From sequence record SRR31156797_2854: DNA of 64,000 bases, one strand, 5' to 3'. Position numbers and translations under genes: made by a program. The notes beneath the pieces are model-generated. The model saw nothing but the letters and a program-made list of their open reading frames with translations, was not told where the DNA came from and searched no databases. Shown here in pieces: positions 57,500 to 64,000 of the stretch (its first letter is position 1; each line of letters opens with the position of its first letter).

Positions 57500-60094
57500 T
57501 TATCGAAGCAGTGTTATCGATCCGGTGATTGTTCTTTTGGATAGCCCTTCAAGACGGACTTCAAAAACATCGCAAACGTAGAAATAAACCCCTTCAGAGC
57601 AATCCTGGTTATTATTGATGTTTTTACCGTCCCAATTGATATCGGGATCATCGGTTTTAAAAACAATTCGGCCCCAGCGGTTGAAAATTTTCAAATCGAT
57701 GCGTTCAACGGAAGTGTAATCGGAATAGGGCCTGAAATACTCATTATACTGATCATGGTTTGGGGTAAAGACGTTGGGCAGCCTGTAAGTTGAGCAACTA
57801 TCGATACTGACACAAACTAAATTGCTTTTTTCGCTTAGGTTTCCAACAGTATCATAGGCTGCCACCTGGTAGCACCCTGAAATAGACTGGAGATTTTGAT
57901 GCGCATATTCCTGTTGCCCGGGATCTGTAACCTCATCAATCTGAACCAGTGAATCACCATCGAAAGCCGCGTAATAGATGTAATATCCTGCAATATCCAA
58001 AGGGCAATCCGGCGGATTTTGCCACTTCAGATCATTTTGAATCAGTTCACAATCGGTTGAGACACTTAATTCCGGGGGACATGGCGGAACATTATCCTGA
58101 GGGATTCCTGAGTTTATCTGGGATCGATTTATAATCGGATCAACCAGACCAGGAGCAGAATAATTACCAAAACTCTCAACAAAATAGCTGTATTCCGCAC
58201 CATTTACCAAATTAGTATCTACATAAAAAGGTGTATAACTCAACCCTATTGAGTCATACGCTGCGGTTTGTTTATTCAACCTGTAAATGGTGTACCTATA
58301 GTTGATCCAGGGCGCCTCAATATTCCACGAAAGCTGAAGTGCCTGGTCGGTGGGTGAAATATTCAGAAACATCGATCGCGCAACCTGCGTTGAGCCAATA
58401 AATGTTTTAGCTCCCCCATCGAGGCTGTACATATCAATTTTATAGGAATATTTCAAATCAGCCGTATTCAGCCCGGAATCATCAACAAACAGGGTATCGT
58501 TAATACCTGTATTTTCAGCAATTGCTATAAACTGTGTGTTCTCTGAATCTGCTCTGTTAATCACATATTTGTATGGCCCGCCAAAAATAAGGGTATCCAT
58601 ATCCGTGGGTTTCGACCAGGCCACAAAAATCTCACCCTGTGTTGTTGATGTTTCGGTAACAGAAACATTGGTAATGATCGGGACATCCTTTTTCAAAGTT
58701 GCGCAGGCTTCATTTGATGGATAACTTTCACTGCCATCTGCATAAAAAGCAAGCACGACATAACAATAATCTATGCCATGAACAAGGCCCATTCCGTTGT
58801 TATCGTCAATAAAAGTAGTATCGGCAATATTTTCCAGTGTGGCAATTTTCTCATAACCGGAGTCATCGGGAATTCCCGGATCGCAGGGTCCGGGGTTCAG
58901 GTCATAAAAACCGTCCCGCCGGTAGAGATCATATCCAAGAGCCCGTTCGCAAACCACCTGTTCCCAACTTAGATGTATGCTGTTACCAACTGCTGTGGCA
59001 CTCAGGTTATCAGGTGGCGGGCTTATAACCCTGATACTCATGGTACGAATATCCGCCAATTGTGGGAAATTTAAAGTATCCTTAGCGGTAAAAACTACCT
59101 GGTATGGTTGGTATTGGATATGCGAACACGTGGTATTCCACGAAAATGTGGAAGAAACAAAACCTTCGCCTATGGCAGCCGGAAATTCAGCAGGACTTTC
59201 TTCAACTTCAAACGGGCCACCCAGGGCCCTGATTACCACCTGGTCTTCATCCGGATCGGTCGCATTAACAGTAAAACCCAACGAATCACCAGCCATGATG
59301 CAGGTGTCCTGAATATTTCCGATAATCGGTGCCTGATTATCACACGCAATCACGGTGATCTGCATATCGCGGGTTACATAACCGATCCGTACTCCACTGC
59401 GCCATTCTTCAACAATAAATGCAATGTTGTACTCACCCTGCAGAATTGGGTTATCCCAGGTAATTGTGCCCGTTATCGCATCAATTTCAAATGTGGTTTG
59501 CACGGTAGTATCAACTTCGTTAGGCAGTTTATAGCCAGGAATCGGCAACCCGAAAGCACCACGACAATCAACAAGTTTGTAAGAGATACTGTCGCCGTCA
59601 GAATCAAAAGCAGCAGGGTTATGCAAATAGAGGGTATTAACACAACCGTTGTCAATAGGCGGTGCCAGCAATTCCACTGAGTTATTTGCACCCAGGAAAG
59701 GGTTGATGACCAGTTCGGTACGAATAAAAAATGGCACGTTAACCGAATTGGGGATATTCAGCACCCCGTAATTCCTGTTGGGGTCTTCAACTGAAATTAC
59801 ATAGGTCCCCTGCCCGGGGAATGTGTGTACTGCCCCGGAGTAAACATTGCGGCTGATATTATTGGGATAATTAATCTTTTGGGTTCTGGGCACCAACTGT
59901 GCAGTACCATCACCCCAATTGATCTGCAATTCAGGACGGTCTGCCGGACTGGGCGTGTAGGTATAGGTTACAATTGTAAACTCGTATTTCAGGTCGGAAA
60001 TAGCTTTGTAAGTTATCTCACCGGCTCGCTGGTGGGTGGAGAATGCAGCAAAAGCGCTGAGCAAAAGAGTTATGGTTAATAAATATTTCCTCAT
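57500..60094 (-). CDS. Gliding-motility-associated (T9SS type B) C-terminal domain protein
   Basis: HQRAGEITY N-terminus, Fn3/Ig units and LPNVFTPN...IFNRWG...WDG...GVYFY...GSITLLR. Confidence 0.88.
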   Translation of the reverse strand: MRKYLLTITLLLSAFAAFSTHQRAGEITYKAISDLKYEFTIVTYTYTPSPADRPELQINWGDGTAQLVPRTQKINYPNNISRNVYSGAVHTFPGQGTYVISVEDPNRNYGVLNIPNSVNVPFFIRTELVINPFLGANNSVELLAPPIDNGCVNTLYLHNPAAFDSDGDSISYKLVDCRGAFGLPIPGYKLPNEVDTTVQTTFEIDAITGTITWDNPILQGEYNIAFIVEEWRSGVRIGYVTRDMQITVIACDNQAPIIGNIQDTCIMAGDSLGFTVNATDPDEDQVVIRALGGPFEVEESPAEFPAAIGEGFVSSTFSWNTTCSHIQYQPYQVVFTAKDTLNFPQLADIRTMSIRVISPPPDNLSATAVGNSIHLSWEQVVCERALGYDLYRRDGFYDLNPGPCDPGIPDDSGYEKIATLENIADTTFIDDNNGMGLVHGIDYCYVVLAFYADGSESYPSNEACATLKKDVPIITNVSVTETSTTQGEIFVAWSKPTDMDTLIFGGPYKYVINRADSENTQFIAIAENTGINDTLFVDDSGLNTADLKYSYKIDMYSLDGGAKTFIGSTQVARSMFLNISPTDQALQLSWNIEAPWINYRYTIYRLNKQTAAYDSIGLSYTPFYVDTNLVNGAEYSYFVESFGNYSAPGLVDPIINRSQINSGIPQDNVPPCPPELSVSTDCELIQNDLKWQNPPDCPLDIAGYYIYYAAFDGDSLVQIDEVTDPGQQEYAHQNLQSISGCYQVAAYDTVGNLSEKSNLVCVSIDSCSTYRLPNVFTPNHDQYNEYFRPYSDYTSVERIDLKIFNRWGRIVFKTDDPDINWDGKNINNNQDCSEGVYFYVCDVFEVRLEGLSKRTITGSITLLR

Positions 60095-60297
60095 TAATCG
60101 TTTAACTTGATCGTAGTCTGAGTAGGTTATTTCATCAAAATTAAATTTTTCCCCGAACGAATGTAAAATAACTTGAAAACATCCAATATAATGCCATATC
60201 TGACAAAAATTAACGTTAATTTATTCAAATTTGATACAAACAATAAGCGGCTTCCAGCATCATAATGCTTAATTTTGCTTGGTTACAAAAATAGCAG

Positions 60298-62514
60298 ATG
60301 TACACCGAAGCAGAAAAAAAAGAAATAGCCCGGCAATACAGGATTTTATTACGGGTTTGGAAAAACCGCAAAGGAGAAGATGAAGCTAAGATGGTTCGCA
60401 AAGCTTTCGATCTTTCTGTGGAATCGCACCAGGGTATGCGCCGCCGGTCGAAAGAACCCTACGTTTATCACCCATTGGAAGTAGCCACCATTTGCGCCAA
60501 AGACATGCGCCTGGATGCTACATCTATTGTTTGTGCCCTGCTTCACGATGTAGTAGAGGATACCGATGTTACCCTGGAAGAGATCGAACAACAGTTTAAC
60601 CCCCGGATTGCACTGATCATCGGCGGGCTCACTAAAATTCAGGGTATTTTCGATGATGGCCGCCGATCCATTCAGGCCGAATATTTTAAACGCATGATCC
60701 TGGCGCTGGCTGAGGATATGCGTGTGATCCTGATCAAACTGGCCGACCGCCTGCACAACATGCGTACGCTTGATCATATGCCCCGCGACAAGCAACTGAA
60801 AATCGCTTCCGAAACGCTGGTGCTATATGCACCACTGGCCTACAGAATAGGGCTTTACAACATCAAAACCGAGCTGGAAGACCTTTCACTGAAATATACC
60901 GAACCTGAGATTTACGATTATATCAGCAAGCAGGTTGAAGATACAAAAATTGACCGTGACCGATTTATCAACCGTTTTATCTATCCCGTAAAAAATCTGC
61001 TGAACAAGCATAACATTTCTTACAGATTGCACGTGCGGGTTAAATCTGTTTATTCGATATGGCAAAAAATGCAAAAACAAAACATCAATTTCGAAGATGT
61101 GTATGATGTTTTTGCTGTGCGTATTATTGTAAATTCTCCTCCCGATACCGAGCGACTGGATTGTTGGAAAGCCTATTCGCTGATCACCGAAATTTACAAA
61201 CCCAAGCACGATCGCATCCGCGACTGGATATCAATCCCCAAATCGAACGGATATGAAGCTTTGCACACCACCGTAATGAGCCACCGGGGTAAGTGGGTCG
61301 AAATTCAGATACGCTCGGACCGTATGCATGAAATTGCTGAATCAGGATATGCCTCTCACCATTTTTATAAAAACATGTCTGATGAGGTTTCGGCTATCGA
61401 TACCTGGCTTACCAAGATCAAGGAACAATTTCAGAATCCTGAAAACGATGCCCTGGACTTCCTGGATGAATTTAAACTCGACCTTTATTCCGAAGAGATT
61501 TACACCTTCACGCCCAAGGGCGACATGAAAAAACTGCCCATTGGAGCTACCGCACTGGATTTTGCATATAGCATCCACACCGAGATCGGGCGGCACAGCC
61601 TGGGAGCCAAGGTCAACCTTTCGCTGGTTCCGTTGAAACATGAACTCAAAAGCGGTGACCAGGTAGAGATCATCACCTCCAAAAAACAGAAACCCCAGGA
61701 AGAATGGCTCGATTATGTGGTTACTTCCAGGGCCAAAAATTACATCAAGGAAGGACTTAAGGAAGAGAAAAAACAGTTTTATGAAGCAGGCAAACAGAAA
61801 CTGCAAAAGCATTTCGATGATCTTTCTCTGGAACTCAATAAACAAAGCCTGAAAAAATTCCAGGAATATACCGGGCACACCAGCAAAATTGATTTGTATT
61901 ACGAGGTTGCTACCGACAAAATCGGGCCGGCGGATTTGAAAAACTGCTGCCAGAAACCTGAAAAAAGTCCGTGGTTTAATGCACTTAACCCATTTAACAA
62001 AAGCAGCAAAACGGAAGGCCAGACTTTGAATGACAACCTTGCCGAACAGATTAGAAACAAGCCCGAAGAAGTGCTGCTTGGCGATAGTGCTAAAATCGAC
62101 TTTAAGGTTTCACATTGTTGCAACCCCATCCCCGGCGATGATATTATTGGATTGATCACCCCAAAAAAGCCCATCATGGTTCACCGGGTAAACTGCAAGA
62201 ATGCCCGCGAAATGATGTCGCGTTTTGGAAACCGGATTGTGAAGGCCAAGTGGAATAAAAAAGATCCCATTCTTTTCCTGGCCGGTCTGGAATTTAAGAG
62301 CATTGACGCTATGGGATTTATCTATCGCATTTCTGACATTATTTCCAACAAGCACAATCTAAAAATCCGCTCCTTCAATCTGAACAGTTCCAATGAAGTT
62401 TCCGAAGGACAAATTATGCTCTACGTGCAAAACACCCAAAGCCTGAACGACCTCATCACCGACCTGAAAAAGATCAAAGAAATTAAGAAGATCAGCCGGA
62501 TGAACCCCGTTTAA
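60298..62514 (+). CDS. Bifunctional (p)ppGpp synthetase/hydrolase, RelA/SpoT family
   Basis: HD motif LLHDVVED, KLADRLHNMRTL, NGYEALHT, EIQIR, TGS (FTPKG), CCNPIPGD and ACT; TAATTTTG at 60270-60277. Confidence 0.95.
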   Translation: MYTEAEKKEIARQYRILLRVWKNRKGEDEAKMVRKAFDLSVESHQGMRRRSKEPYVYHPLEVATICAKDMRLDATSIVCALLHDVVEDTDVTLEEIEQQFNPRIALIIGGLTKIQGIFDDGRRSIQAEYFKRMILALAEDMRVILIKLADRLHNMRTLDHMPRDKQLKIASETLVLYAPLAYRIGLYNIKTELEDLSLKYTEPEIYDYISKQVEDTKIDRDRFINRFIYPVKNLLNKHNISYRLHVRVKSVYSIWQKMQKQNINFEDVYDVFAVRIIVNSPPDTERLDCWKAYSLITEIYKPKHDRIRDWISIPKSNGYEALHTTVMSHRGKWVEIQIRSDRMHEIAESGYASHHFYKNMSDEVSAIDTWLTKIKEQFQNPENDALDFLDEFKLDLYSEEIYTFTPKGDMKKLPIGATALDFAYSIHTEIGRHSLGAKVNLSLVPLKHELKSGDQVEIITSKKQKPQEEWLDYVVTSRAKNYIKEGLKEEKKQFYEAGKQKLQKHFDDLSLELNKQSLKKFQEYTGHTSKIDLYYEVATDKIGPADLKNCCQKPEKSPWFNALNPFNKSSKTEGQTLNDNLAEQIRNKPEEVLLGDSAKIDFKVSHCCNPIPGDDIIGLITPKKPIMVHRVNCKNAREMMSRFGNRIVKAKWNKKDPILFLAGLEFKSIDAMGFIYRISDIISNKHNLKIRSFNLNSSNEVSEGQIMLYVQNTQSLNDLITDLKKIKEIKKISRMNPV

Positions 62515-63013
62515 AATGCAATACCGGGTTTAGAATGAAATAAAATGATCTAAGATTGGCGATTTACCCGCCTTGCCGCTTGTGATGGCCAACGCTATGG
62601 CGAGGCAGGCGATTTTAGATTGAAGATTAACTCTTCCTTCGCTTCTCATAATATATAGCGCTAGGCAGAGTTGAAAAGCTGCGGAGGATGAAAGATCTTG
62701 GATGTAATAACTCAATAACCCAATAACTTTTAACGCAATGCACTTTAGCACACTCAAGGCACTTCCTTTACAAATGTTAGAAAATGTTAATTTCCCGGCT
62801 TTGTTAATCGTTTCACACTGAGGGCAAGCCAAAATCCATAATTCAATATTCCATTACCGAAATTATTTTTTGTTTTAACATCATGAAACCCCAAATTTTT
62901 AAAAGGAAATAGCCCTGATTATCCCAAAAAAATTATTTTTGCAAGCGACCTATTTTTATTTATACTAAATAACAACTGAATTTTTTCTATTTTTAGGGCA
63001 AAATTTTTTCGGA

Positions 63014-63505
63014 ATGAAAGAAACGCAAGAAACCTTTGAAGCAGTAAAGAAAATTTTCACAGAATATCTGGAAAGTAAGGGGCATCGAAAAACGCCTGAG
63101 CGCTACACGATTCTGAAGGAAATTTACAATACCGAAGGCCACTTCGATATTGAATCGCTTTACATCAGGATGAAAAACAATAAATACCGGGTGAGCAGGG
63201 CCACGCTCTACAATACCATCGAACTGTTGCTCGACTGCAATCTGGTAACCAAGCACCAGTTTGGCAACAATTGCGCCCAGTTTGAAAGGACATTTAAGTT
63301 CAAAAAGCACGACCACTTTATTTGCCTTGACAACAGCGAAGTGATGGAGTTTTACGACGAACGCATCCAGGAAATCAAAGCATATGTTGAAAAAGAACTG
63401 GGCGTTTCGATTACGCATCATTCACTAACATTTTACGGACATTGCAACGGCAAAGACAAAAAAGTGAATGTGGTGGAACAACCCGAGAAAAAAACTGCTG
63501 ATTAA
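63014..63505 (+). CDS. fur: Fur-family transcriptional regulator
   Basis: [26 protein letters not shown] and HSLTFYGHC. Confidence 0.85.
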   Translation: MKETQETFEAVKKIFTEYLESKGHRKTPERYTILKEIYNTEGHFDIESLYIRMKNNKYRVSRATLYNTIELLLDCNLVTKHQFGNNCAQFERTFKFKKHDHFICLDNSEVMEFYDERIQEIKAYVEKELGVSITHHSLTFYGHCNGKDKKVNVVEQPEKKTAD

Positions 63506-63527
63506 ACGCACACACTGATTTTGTTTA

Positions 63528-63581
63528 TACCTTTGTTATGCAAAGTTTTTGCGGGACAAAACCCCGGAAGGCTTTGCATAA
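63528..63581 (+). promoter_or_regulatory. -7 element TACCTTTG followed by a long hairpin upstream of purA
   Basis: TACCTTTG at 63528-63535, then TTATGCAAAG...CTTTGCATAA at 63536-63581. Confidence 0.5.
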
Positions 63582-63610
63582 TTTGTTTATAGTTTGCTAA
63601 AAAAAGTGCT

Positions 63611-64000
63611 ATGAAAGTTGACGTATTATTAGGCCTCCAGTGGGGCGATGAGGGAAAAGGAAAAATTGTTGACGTATTAACTCCTGGATATGATGTCGTT
63701 GCCCGTTTCCAGGGTGGCCCAAACGCAGGTCACACCATCGAATTCGACGGGATGAAATTTATCCTCCACACCATCCCATCCGGAATTTTTAATCCCGAAA
63801 AAACCAATGTGATCGGAAATGGTGTGATTATCGATCCATGGGTATTTCACAATGAGGTGCAGCAACTAAAATCCAAAAACCTTGATCCGGTTAAAAACCT
63901 GCTGATTTCAAAAAAATCCCACCTGATACTTCCCAGCCACAGATTGTTGGATGCTGTTTACGAAAAATCGAAAGGGAAACTAAAAATAGGTTCAACACTC
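63611..64000 (+). CDS. purA: Adenylosuccinate synthetase (3'-truncated by the window edge)
   Basis: MKVDVLLGLQWGDEGKGKIVD, RFQGGPNAGHT, IPSGI and IGNGVIIDP. Absent from the ORF track because it has no stop in the window. Confidence 0.96.
   Translation, partial: MKVDVLLGLQWGDEGKGKIVDVLTPGYDVVARFQGGPNAGHTIEFDGMKFILHTIPSGIFNPEKTNVIGNGVIIDPWVFHNEVQQLKSKNLDPVKNLLISKKSHLILPSHRLLDAVYEKSKGKLKIGSTL

Overview
This is a chromosomal window from a Bacteroidota bacterium, probably Bacteroidales. The evidence is T9SS type A and type B cargo proteins, TAnnTTTG promoter elements, and Bacteroidota-type recQ, purA, DUF5686 and DUF4296 genes. Roughly 1-36 kb is a patchwork accessory region. It opens with a trehalose-related cluster (TreS-like GH13, a beta-PGM/GH65 fusion and two uridine-kinase-like P-loop proteins) interleaved with three toxin-antitoxin-like modules. 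Next come a COG1373 AAA ATPase preceded by seven degenerate direct repeats on an exact 32-bp period, an eroded sulfatase/DUF1254/porin island, two large T9SS proteins sharing a ~500-aa C-terminal module, and a class A beta-lactamase homolog lacking Glu166 beside a D-aminoacylase-like gene. Two inserted cassettes are each followed by a diverged orphan copy of the 3' end of the gene that precedes them. Roughly 36-64 kb is mostly housekeeping (abgT, M16 peptidase, coaD, lptB, kdsD, recQ, Rel/SpoT, fur, partial purA), plus a MEMO1-AMMECR1 fusion with a signal-like N-terminus. I saw no rRNA, tRNA, CRISPR array, integrase or transposase. All calls come from reading motifs by eye; no database searches were run.
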